64,000 bases of DNA, taken from contig JAWMAR010000710.1 in the NCBI GenBank assembly GCA_036785375.1, positions 248,001 through 312,000 on the forward strand, given 5' to 3'. Each line of letters begins with the position of its first letter. The stretch's first letter is position 1. Below the pieces are notes generated by a model. That model was not told the origin of the DNA, searched no databases, and worked only from the letters and a program-made list of their open reading frames with translations. Positions 1 to 11,520 of this stretch are shown here, in pieces. A program made the position numbers and the translations under genes. The stretch comes from Leucoraja ocellata (lineage: Eukaryota).

Positions 1-195
1 AAGCTGAAGGGACAGCAAATTTCCCTGCAATGGTCATTTTTGATGTTGCATCATTCATCTTCATTATTTTTCTACAATATCTCTGGAAGCTGAATACAGA
101 TGTTGAACAAGTGTGCAGAAAACCGATTCCAACTTTAAAGTAATCAGGCAGGAAATGCGATGCACTTAAAAGCTTGATGCAACGATTATGTTAAA

Positions 196-383
196 CCTTA
201 GATTAGATTAGATTAGATTAGATTAGATTATTGTCATTCAGACCTTTCGGTCTGAACTAAATTATCTTGCCTGCAGTCATACACAGAACCAATAAAAACA
301 AACGATACAATAAACACAAATTAAACATCCACCACAGTGAGTTCACCAAGCACATCCTCACTGTGATGGAGGCAAAGTCTTAG
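196..383 (-). mobile_element. 5'-truncated non-autonomous retroelement with Rex/L2-type tail, (TCTAA)n
   Basis: Matches the 3' end of the element at 42097-42290; absent from the paralogous site near 56217. Confidence 0.7.
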
Positions 384-1129
384 TCTGAGCAGGAACAAAG
401 CAGGAAAGCGACAAATTAGTTTGAAAGTAAATAACACAATTCCCCAAAATGCTACATTCTGCATTTCCAACTCTTCTTTTGCATTCTCTGCAATTAATTC
501 TTTTTTTTTTGTCAAAGATGACAAGTGAATAATTTTCACTTCAGGAGATGGTCTTTCGAAAGCAAAATCGCCCACACTGATACTGAGACTGAGACTGTTA
601 ACATGTTCACCGTGGGATAGAACTGACTGGCAACGTACCAAACAAGCACAAAGCAAATGCACAATAAATCCGCAAATCTATTTCCAAAGTCTCCGTTTGG
701 CTCAATATTTTTTCCAGAAACACAAATTGTCTTGGGCATGAGCCTGATGGGCTGTGTCATCTTCTGCGCTGGGTCATTCATTCTGATCTCTCAGATCAGG
801 GTCAGAATTCAGGGTCTGCAATGCGACAGCTTCTCTTGAATTATTTCTGGTGTTTCCTGGAAATTCCTGTGAATATCTGCTGCTCTGTATCAAAGAAGAG
901 AAACAAATATGCTTTAAATAAAGATAAACAATAATAAACAATAGACTGGAAGTGATAGGTAAGAGGTTGCAGACCAAGTTGGAAACATTTTCATGGTCAT
1001 TTAATTCAACCAAAAACACACCAATATCATTGTGAATATTGAATGTGTAATTTGTATTCAATTTGTGTTGATAAAGTGTTCTTTCAAATTTGATATCTTA
1101 CAAAATTACAAGGTTAGAGTGTAGAGAGG

Positions 1130-1790
1130 AATAGATATGTAAATGAACAAAGTCTTTACCCGGGTTGGGGTATCAAGAATCAGAGGACATGGGTTCAAAA
1201 TGAGAGGTGAAAGATTTAATAGGAACCTGAGGGGCAATTTTTTCAATCAGATGGTGATAGGTTTCTGGAATGAGCTGCCAGAGGAGATAGCTGAGGAAGA
1301 TTCTGTAACAGCATTTAAAAAACATTGGACAAGTAAATGGATAGGAAAAGTTTAAAGTTTCATGTCCATAGCTCTCTGAAAGTAACAACACAAGTAGATA
1401 AAATGGTAAAGAAGGCACAAAGTATGCTTGCCTTCATCGGTTGGGCCATTGAGTATAGGAGTTGGGAAGTCATGCTGCATGTTGAAAAAACTTTGATTAT
1501 TCACATTAGGAGTCCTAGTAGCCCCATTAAAGAAAGGACGGGAAGGCTTTTGAAATAACGCAGAAGAGGTTGACCAGGATGCTGCCTGGAATAGAGCAAA
1601 TAACATACATTTAACCTTTATGAAGTTTATCGAAGGTTTGTGATAGAAATAGTTATGATAGTGGCTTTTAAGAGGTTTTTAGATAGGCTAATTAATATGC
1701 TGGGAATGGAGAGATTTGGATCAAGAGCAGGCAAAAGGAATAAGTTTAAATCATGTGTTTCTGTGTTGCACTGTTCTATCCCAAACACTA
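1130..1790 (+). mobile_element. CR1 LINE 3' fragments
   Basis: RGHGFKMRGERF..LRGNFF..WNELP and VKKA..MLAFI..IEYRS motifs. Confidence 0.75.
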
Positions 1791-3049
1791 AAATACAGAT
1801 TGTCACCATTCTAATATGTTCTGTGAACATCCATTTCCTCAACGTCAGAGACAACCCGCCATTAGTTTCTGATATATTGAAAAGCTCATTAAATTCTCAC
1901 CCTGTTCATCCTCCATGAGCAGCAAATTAGTCCAAGAGCAACGGCCAGTTTAATCAACAAGTAGCCCAGAACTGTGATGATCCTAATGTCTGGAAGTGCT
2001 CTCACTGTGAAGGACAAAGTTGAGATTTTCAGTTTCATACTCCATATTGTTTCATAATTAAAGACTCCTGTCTATGATGTAACATCATAAACATTCTGCA
2101 TTAGACAGTGGGACACAGTGAGAAATATTGTGTCAAGAGTGAGAAATATGTGTGCCAATCTTGGGTACCTTTTACATTTCATCCATAACATCCGAGTACT
2201 TTGCTTTGATATTATCTGCTTCATTACTTTTGGAACATTGTGAATATTTTTTGGGTGAATGAGATGTGTCAGAATGTACACAAAATTGGTTGATCCATTG
2301 TCTAAACTGATGTCAACCAGGTGTACACTGCGGAGTCTGCACAAGAGGGACTGGATACAGATTCACAGCTGAGACTCTCCAGGCTCTGAATTCTCACTCT
2401 TGGCCATATTGCCTGATGAGCTATTAGAGCCAATGGAGTGATACAGCGTGGAAACAAGCCCTTTCGACCAACTTGCCCATTGTGGCCAACATGTCCCGAC
2501 TACACTAGTCGTACCTGCCTGCGTTTGGTCCATATCTCTCCAAAGCTGTCCTATCCATTACCCAGTGAATTGTGAGGTTTCACGAGATTCAGCTCTTAGG
2601 ACAAAGGGAATCGAGGGATATGGGGAAAAAGCTTAACAGGGTACTGATTTTGGAAGATGAGCCATGATCATATTAAATGGTGGTGCTGGCACAAAGGGCC
2701 AAATGGCCCACTGCACCTATTTTCTATGTTTCTATGTGAGAAACATCACCTCCCCCCACCCCCCACCCACTTGTGTTTATTGAAAGAAATGTCCATTTTG
2801 ACAAGGTGCAATTTTGCTTCCATTTCATCCTCATGCATTTGTTTGAAAGGTCTGTGTTTCTGTAACATGTATGCACCAAATGCTTTATATTTTATTTTGT
2901 TTTATTCACTGACATAACATTATGGCATCAATTAAGAGGCTCCAGTGGAATTACACTTTGGTCTGTAGCATTGGGTATTGATGGTAATACAGGAGTTTTA
3001 AAATCAGAAATAGCTTTATTTAGGATTATAAAGGGAAAATAGCATAATT

Positions 3050-3280
3050 GGTACTCCTGTGTAGGAAAGAACTGCAGATGCTGGTTTAAATTGAAGGTAG
3101 ACACAAAATACTGGAGTAACTCAGCGGGACAGGCAGCCTCTCTGGAGAGAAGGAATGGGTGACATTTCGGGTTGAGACCCTTCTTCAGACTGATATCAGG
3201 GGAATGGGTGGGACAAAGGTAGAATGTAGTTGGAGACAGTAAGACTGGTGGAAGAACTCGGAAGTGGGAGGGGATAGAAT
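3050..3280 (-). mobile_element. Penelope-derived terminal repeat with hammerhead-like motif
   Basis: Reverse complement reads CTGAAGAAGGGTCTCAACCCGAAATGTCA at 3160-3192, followed by the recurrent GCTGAGTTACTCCAG..TTTGTGTC block. Confidence 0.65.
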
Positions 3281-3740
3281 GGCTGAATGGCCTACTCCTG
3301 CACCTATTGGCTAATGTCTATTAATGTATATACCCAGCTCCCTCTGTGTGAAAAAGTTGCCTCTCAATATCCTATTAATCTTTCCCTTCTCAGCTTAATT
3401 CCCTTACTCTGGTTAAAAGACTGTGCATTTACCCCATTTATTCCCCATATAATCTTAAACATCGTTATAATATCATTCCTCACTTTCCTGCCCTCCACGG
3501 AATAATGTCCAAGCCTGGTAACTTCTCCCTATAGCTCAGGCCCTCAGGTGGTGGCAATGTCCTCATAAATTTTCTCTGATTCCTTCCAGTTTAACAAAAT
3601 CTTTCCTATAGCAGGGTGACCAAAACTGAGCACAATATTCTAAATGCGGCCTCATCAACGTCTTGCACACTGTAACATAACATCCCAACTTCTATACACA
3701 ATCCTTTGACTGATCAAGGCAAATGTACTGAAAGCCTTTT
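3280..3740 (-). mobile_element. Old CR1 3' fragment
   Basis: Degenerate VKKA..LISQRIVYRSWDVMLQ and RPHLEYC-like sequence. Confidence 0.6.
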
Positions 3741-5380
3741 TGACAGTATGCGTGACAAATGCTATAAGGATTCCTACAAGGAATGCCCAAAATAGCAGAA
3801 TGGTGCACAGATTGTAGTGCAGATTGAAGTAGTGTAAATTTATTTTTTTTGTCTGAAAATACTTTGACGGATTCTCACAAAACATTTTCAATCAGCAACC
3901 TTCATTATATTCATCTTTCTACAGATGCTTTCTGACCTGATGAATGCTTCCAGCATTCTCTGATTTTATTTCATATTTAATCAGATGTACTTCTTTTTCT
4001 TTTGATCAAGAACTAGACCAACCTATTGCTATTCTATTGCAATGCAGCAGAAAATTCTTCTGTGCATTTTTGTGCATAATCTTTCATTTCTTCTAGTAAG
4101 GTTGACCAGTTCATCAATGCTGCACACCTGCCAATCTGTTCACAAACCCATGTAGTTTAAGGCTCCATCACTTGCTGGACACTTCAGACTGGGCAGCAGT
4201 CGGCTGTAGTTAGACCAAAGGATTGGGAGGCTTGTATAGCAACTCCTTGGAGGTCAGGGTTCAAATTCAGATCTGCCCCAGAGGAGTCTGATGGAAACTG
4301 TGATGAGGATGAGTACATGGGAAGGTTTCTCTGCCTTACAGCATGGAAGAGATGTCAAGGAGTGTCAGAGATCCCATCTCCAACCTTCTGCACGGCTTTC
4401 TGTAGAGCCATGAGCACAGGTTTCCAATCAAAGGGTTGGGGACACAACAGTGGGAGTGGGTGTGGGGGTGGCCTCTCCCCTGGTGCAGCGGCTGCTGGAG
4501 CAGGGTTCTACTGTCACTGAGGCACAGGCAGAGCACAAACAAAGTCTTCATTCCTCGGTGGACTCTCAGCCGACTGTAGTCAGAGCCCTATTGTCCTCAC
4601 CCAGAGGGAGACTGCTGCTCTGCAGGAGAAAATAAACAGCAACCAAAAGCTCACAGTTACCATCATGAAGAAAGTTGCTGTTGCCAGGAGAGTTTTACTT
4701 GTGTTGGTGAATTGAAACTGCAGGGTCGGCAAAACAAAGCTTTCCCGAAGAAGTGTTAAAGCAGAAAGCATTAAATATTGTTGGATATTTATTGAGTTCA
4801 CTTGACTTCTGAATCATTGAATGAAAGTGCAGATGGAGACATGAGGAAGGGCTTGATAAAATATATCTCAAATGCAACAGTGCTCATTGTGTGTCTGAGC
4901 GTTGTCTTGAATTAATGTCTGTGTGTGATAGGACACACCCATCGCCCCAATGATAATGACACAACTCCTCTGTTGTTTCAGGACAAAAATGTCCAAAAGC
5001 TAATTTTGAAATTAATTCTCATCCCATTTGTGATCTTGAGGAGGCAGTCATTGGATACTAGGAGTAACTACGCCACACACTTAATGCCCAAGGAATAGGT
5101 GATATCCAATTTCTGGACAAATGTGTCACATTTATCTACAGTAACAGCATGCTACTGACATCTACGTATAGTCCTGAGAATGTTTTTTTTTAATTCTCCA
5201 GTTTTGCGGATTCAGATGTTACTGTTGATGATAATGTGGGATCCACAGACCCTTCCACAGAGTGGGCAGGAGTTACCAGAGATACTAACCGCAGTGGGTT
5301 ATGAAATATGATATGTTAGAAGAAATAAATAATATTACGTTTCTGTGGAAATTACAAAGAGCAGAAGACAAGACACTTAC

Positions 5381-5653
5381 CATTGGGTTGCAATGAATTC
5401 TTACCATATGGAATTAAAACCTTGGGAGTATTGTGAAGAAACAAACCGCAGCGATGATTCCTTTTGTCTGCAACAGCTTTTGGAATGATCAGCTGTAAAG
5501 ATGTCTCTTCCTGCCTTGGCTCCTTGAAAATTTTCTCTCCCACTATTTTGCCATCACCATTGATGCAAACAAGTGTCATTGCCTCAGTGACCTTTGACAC
5601 AGAGCAGGTCAGGGTAACGTTGTCTCCCTCAGTCGCTGCATTAGATTGTTCAG
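5381..5653 (-). CDS. IgSF gene copy 1, D8 exon (C2, paralog of D4)
   Basis: 273-nt open exon, tttcccag| and AATG|gtaagt, with an alternative phase-1 donor at 5404. Encodes EGDNVTLTC..LVC..LQLIIPK..NHRC. Confidence 0.85.
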
Positions 5654-6386
5654 CTGGGAAACAAGAAATTCACTGAGAATTAAAACAACAGCTGGAGTTT
5701 CTGCCCAATGTTTTTTATTAAACCTGATGCCTGTAGAACTAATCCAAAGGATCACTGACAAGCTTTTGCACCAACGTTGAGAACACCAACTTTGAGAATA
5801 AGCACCAATTCCCACAACGCTCCCACTGCCCACAGTGCTGGACACAACACCCTCCATGAATTGTAGGCTTTTTCATATTTCAAGATGACTCCAAAGATTA
5901 ATCAGCAACTTCCGGTGGTAAAGAGGAATATGGACATTATTTGAGGAGCATCTGAGTGAGACGTTCAGAATAGTGACCACTATTGTTGTAACAGGTTACT
6001 CTGCAAGCAGCATATAGAAACATAGAAACATAGAAAATAGGTGCAGGAGGAGGACATTCGGCACTTTGAGCCAGCCCCGCCATTCATCGTGATCATGGCT
6101 GATCGTCCCCTATCAATAACCCTTGCCTGCCTTCTCCCCATATCCCTTGACTCCACTAGACCCTAGAGCTCTATCTAACTCTCTCTTATATCCATCCAGT
6201 GGCTTGGCCTCCACTGCCCTCTGTGGCAGGGAATTCCATAAATTCACAACTCTCTGGGCGAAAAAAAATTTTCTCACCTCAGTCTTAAATGACCTCCCCT
6301 TTATTCTAAGACTGTGGCCCCTGGTTCTGGACTCGCCCCACATTGGGAACATTTTTACTGCATCTAGCTTGTCCAGTCCTTTTTAT

Positions 6387-9300
6387 TATTTTACTTCGGA
6401 GTCACGTGAGTGACTACGTGAAGAAGGTCGTCAGAATGCATGCGCGTCAATTACGCAGACGCATTATGCAACGACTGACTGGCAGGCACGTCTCTCCTGC
6501 CAGCGGTAAGTTTAAACCTGCAGGTAAGTTTTGTATTCCTTACCAGGTTCTGTTTTTTCTTGCAGGAACTTCTTTTTACAGAGGTTTCCTGCTGGATATT
6601 TTCGGGGCGAAGTCCGGACGGGCTGCGGGAAAACCGGTTATGGGCCGTGGGTAGACTCCGGTCCGGACCGCGGAAGTGCGGGTTCGCTACCCCAGTCGCT
6701 GACAGTGTGATCAGCGGCTCCCAGACTGCTGTGGTTCCCATGGAGGGGGTAAACCCAGGAGAAGTCACACCAGTCGCTGACAGTTTGATCAGCGGCTCCC
6801 AGACTGCTGTGGTACCCTTGAAAGGGGGTAAAACCAACAATGCAGGTCAGGCCTTTGGACTCGGGCAAGTCAGGCCATGAGGGTTCCCCTCCTTCAATGG
6901 ATAGTGTCTTCGGACGTCTAACCCACATGGAGTACCTAATGGAGAGTTTGCTCCACAATGATATGCTCCAATGGAGGGAGCTATCATTCCGGGACTCCTC
7001 GGGAGCCCGCGGCAGCAGCCACCTGTTACAGGGCTGCACAATGTCTCCCTCTCTGAGAAGGGGAGCATTCGGGGTCAGTTTTCTGACTCATGATCTATGG
7101 GTAAAATGGAGCATGGATAGCGCCCTCAGGCGTTTATCTCACAAATGTGATGTCCCATCCTGGTATAGGTCCATAGGAGGGGCCATATCAGCGCAGGTAT
7201 CCTCAGGGGCCTGCGGCAGCACCTGTTTCAGGGCTGCCTATGAATCTCCTTCTCTGTGGAGGGGAGTGCAAGTGGTCAGTGTGTAACTGACTTTAAATTC
7301 TAAAGTATGTCATACTGGAGCACATGCGCATGTCTTCTTGGGAATCCTCGCAAACGAAGGTGTTGCTGCCAGAAGAGTCGGTTACCAGCCATTGGCAGAA
7401 TACCCGGAAGGGGCCAGAGTTCCCCTCACGCTACAAGTGCCGGCAGTGAACAGTGCTATCAGGGGTGACATTAGAGTAGCCGCCGAATCTTCTCTTCAGG
7501 TAAGACCTATTCAACAGGTAAGACCTGGATGAGGAAAGAAAAGCTGTCGGACCAATTAAGGTACCAACGACGAGCAAAGCTTCATCGTTTTGGTGACAAC
7601 ACACCCCACACCTCCATCGGCAGTAAGCGGTTCACTGAAGCTGGTGGCAGCGTGAAAGCTGGGCAGTGGCCTTTTAAGCAAAGGCCCAAGTCGGTCTCAG
7701 GAAAAATATGGAATTCACGCACCCTACCAGTCCTACTCTCCAACCAAGGTAACCATGCAGGAAGGCAGGTCTGGCACTTCCAAAACATGGGGTATGTGGA
7801 CCACTTACAAGTTGGTAAAATTTACACTTGTTTTTTGTACAAATGATAATGATAACATGTGATTAGTTTATGTGTTGTATGAAAGCACTGCCCTTGATAA
7901 GGATGGAAGGGGCCCTAGTGGCCTTACAACATACAAATGGTTAAGGCATTGCCATCTACTTGGTGGCATATAACCTTTAAACTGAACAATACTAGGGTTC
8001 CAAGCTGGCTTGGAATTGGGGCCAGAGTTGTTTTTCGAGTCAGCCTCTGTATTATGGCCAGGATTGCCTTTCGAGACAGGCTCGGAAATATAGCCAGAGT
8101 TGTCTTTCGAGGCAGGCTCAGAATTATGGCCATTGTCATTCGAGGCAGGCACGGAATTATGGCAGGCGTGACCTGTTCATTGTGAAAGATGGAGATTGTC
8201 GTTTAACTCGCATGTGCAGTATAAACTTCAGAATAGGAAACTTTGTTACTGACTAACAACTGATTTCAATAGGATCTTTATGGCATGCTTCGATCTCAAA
8301 GATACATTATATTCAGTTCCCATTCACAGGGATCACCAGAGACATTTGAAATTTATCTGGATGAGGCAATGATAACAGTTAAAGCATTGCAAAATGGGCT
8401 AACTTCAGCTCCCAAGTGATTTACTAAAATCTTGTAACTTGGACTGCTCAGAGCTTAAAAACACATGTTATATCTTCTGGATGAAATTTTAACACTGTAT
8501 TTTGCTAAAATTAACTGTTTCAGCCTCAAACTATATTTGAGAAATTGGGGTTCCTCATCCATCCAGTTAAATTTAAGTTGATAACAACTAGACTTATTGA
8601 TTATTGGGATTTACCTTTAACTATTAATTTGCTTGTGATTCCGCCCTGGGGCAAGAGATTGGAATTGATAGAACCTTGTAACAACCTTGTTGTTATAAAA
8701 CAGCTTTCTATTCATCAAGTGTAATTGGCAATATCGTAGCTGTGATTCAGCTGTGTAAGTGGGGCTTTTGCATGATCAGAACTTACATCATGCAAAGTAG
8801 AAACCTCTCAAGTGCCATGTAGGCCATTGTTCACTGACCTATGATATTACCAGCTGAAGCAACCAAAGTCACAATGGTGGACAAACAGTATTCAGCATTG
8901 CTCCAGTAGTTTTGGTCAGTAAATCGTCAGTTATATCACAAACTGCTGCTAGTGCTCAAAGATGGAAAATTACGAATGCCATCTCTAGTTCGGTGACAAA
9001 TGATATTTGCATGAGTTACCAATTCTTCAGTTATTGGTATCAACTACCTATAGACACTGGGTGCATTCTATGGGTTAAAGGGTTATTGTGCCCACTCATA
9101 CACAATGGCTGACAGATATTATGTCCTGCCTAAAGCTCGAAAAAATTAGGTACTCACTTCAACATTCAAATGGAAGGTTTCAGAAAGCGTGGGGACCTTT
9201 TTTAAATGCATTCCAGACTTTGTAAATGCTTGATCATCAAGTACAGTTTAACATTAACAGGCTACCCATTCATTTATCGGGGATTATTGCTGTGACAGGC

Positions 9301-11520
9301 TGATATTTGCAAATGCTCACTGGCAGTGACTGGGGAGGGATTATTTTTGGTATCTCATTTTTCTTTTATTGTCGTTTTCTTGTTATATGTTGGCATAAGT
9401 TGTTTTTTATTTATTCTTTTCGTACACTCTGTCTGTAACAAATGGACAACGTTGAACCTTGTTATGTCTTGAAAACTAAATTAAAAGATTTTGATTAAAA
9501 AAAAGGGTTATTGTGCGAATATGCATAATCTGCATGCTCTACTATGGTGGTGGCATATGTTAGTCACATGGGTGCAATCAAGTCATAGTATCCTGTAATA
9601 ATTTACCTTATCTCATTTGGCACTGGTGTATCATCACGTAAAATCAATGACAACACAGAATGGGTGTTGGATCACAAGGTATTTTATGAAATTATGGCTC
9701 GATGGAACACCAAATATCGATGTGTATTCATCCAGGCTCATTCATCGGTTGCAAAAATATGGGGCATAACAGTGGCGAGAGATACATTCTCGCTACTCGG
9801 AGGAGGAATGTTCTTTTATGTCTTTTCTCCATTTTGCCTCATCAGTCGGGTCTTGCAATAAAGTCAGCAATCCCGCTTCAGGCTTTCATACTGTCTGACT
9901 GGCCTATGCAACCATGGTTCCCGCATTTGTCGGGAATAATAATACAAACTTATATGGTTATTCTAAACATAAAACGTTGCTGGTTCTGCCTGTGACTGGG
10001 GAAACCAGCCTCTGCATGATAAAATCAAATTATTGTCTTGCAGATTCTGAGTAAACTGCTCCTGCGGCTCGGGTTTTCAGACCGATCCATGTAAGTTCTC
10101 ACTGCAGAGTGCAGGGATAGCCCCCAAAAAGCATTACATTTCCTCTTCAGGAGATGGGAAGTGGTTTTTTTTAAATGCTAATGTTACATGTAATACAGCA
10201 CGGACTACTGACGTCGTGGCGTTCATTTGCAAATGGGTATTTGACAATAAATTAAGTTATAGTGCCATTTACTGTGCCAAACGTGCCTTCTCATCATATT
10301 TGCTGCAGCAAGCGGGACCCACACGGTTGGGTCTCACCCACTGATATCCAGTTTATAAAGGATATCTTTAACACAAGTTCTCCCAGGCCCAAGTACACGG
10401 ACGTATGGGATATTGACTTTGTATTAACACTACTTCAACAGGGGGCTCCAGCTATATCCTCATCTTTGGCCCAGCTCTCTAAAGGTGGCTATCCTCATGG
10501 TGCTGGTCTTAGCGCAACGGGTCCAGTCACTACATAAATTGCGACTGGACAGGATGGTTACATCTGCAAATAATACAATATTTTATGTTTATGACTCAGT
10601 TAAGCAGACCAGCCCAGGGGTGTCAGGTCTCAAACCAATTCTCATGGCATACCCTATGGATCTACGGTTATGTGTGGTCACACATTTACTACAATATGTT
10701 AGGTCACCTAGAGCATTAGAGGCTTTGATACTAGCAGTATTTTATAGTTACAATAACCAAATAAGAAGGTATCAATTCAGACCATCTCCAGGTGGTTAAA
10801 ACGGAGTTTTGGCTCATGCAGGAGTAGATTCGAATATTTTCTAATCTCACTCCACCCGGGCTACTACAACATCAGCAGCAAGGGTTATGTACGTTCCGCT
10901 GGACCACATCCTAGCGGCTGCAGGATAGTTTAATAAACGAACTCCAAACATTTTATAGTAACCCATTGCCAGACCAGGGGTATTTCCCAACTCTTTCTTA
11001 GGTTCTATTTTATAATTTCCTCCCAGAAGAGAGGGGTTGCTATAATTATTATTTGTTCATTTCAAAAGCATCAGCATGTTTCAAATCTATGTCATGTCTG
11101 TATGCATTATGAATGTTTCCCTTATCTGTGGTCAACGGTTGCGGTTGTGCTTGTGTCGACTCGTGTACACGGCATGAAATCACAGCTTTAAAATCTTCAC
11201 GTAGTCATTCGCGTGACTCCGAAGTAAAATAGTAAGATTAAATGAGCTTACCAGTTTGAAGTTTGATCTTTATTTTATGCGGAGTTACGATGAGCGATTA
11301 CGTGCCTACCGCTCCCACCCTCATATTATAAAGGTCATCTGGTAGGTTGTAGTTCTCTCCAATCTTACTATGTTCAGTTCAACTACTGTTATCTGTGATT
11401 TCACACCGCTGCTTTGAAAGTTGACGCGCATGCGTTCTGACGGCCTTCTTCGCGTAATCGCTCATTGTCACTCCTCATAAAATATAGATCAAACTGGTAA
11501 GTTCTCACTTCATCTTACTA
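6387..11520 (+). mobile_element. DIRS-type tyrosine-recombinase retrotransposon, full outline but degenerate
   Basis: Left end TATTTTACTTCGGAGTCACG.. is complemented in the internal region 11195-11270, which also complements the right end (..GGTAAG..TCTTACTA). RT remnant DLKD..SVPIH..LKFIW near 8290; YR remnant AQRVQSL..SHSTRA..ILAAAG at 10485-10930. Confidence 0.9.
8011..8170. repeat. Degenerate ~36-bp tandem repeat, 4-5 copies, inside the DIRS element
   Basis: GGAATTATGGCCAGAGTTGTCTTTCGAGGCAGGCTC-like units. Confidence 0.75.

Noticed and set aside
774-1061. Transmembrane/cytoplasmic exon (LLFIIVYLYLKH..SSRYSQEF)
   Set aside because: The hydrophobicity comes from T-rich, intron-like sequence, and no acceptor I found puts it in the phase-1 frame without an early stop.
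5290-5342. Mini-exon or remnant of a ninth (D1-like) domain, KRNIIYFF
   Set aside because: Immediate stop in the phase-1 frame, only 38-62 nt from the D8 donors, and the similarity is too short to trust.
6451-7846. Several 100-150 aa ORFs as independent genes
   Set aside because: They lie inside the DIRS element, in its decayed ORF1 region and on the antisense strand.
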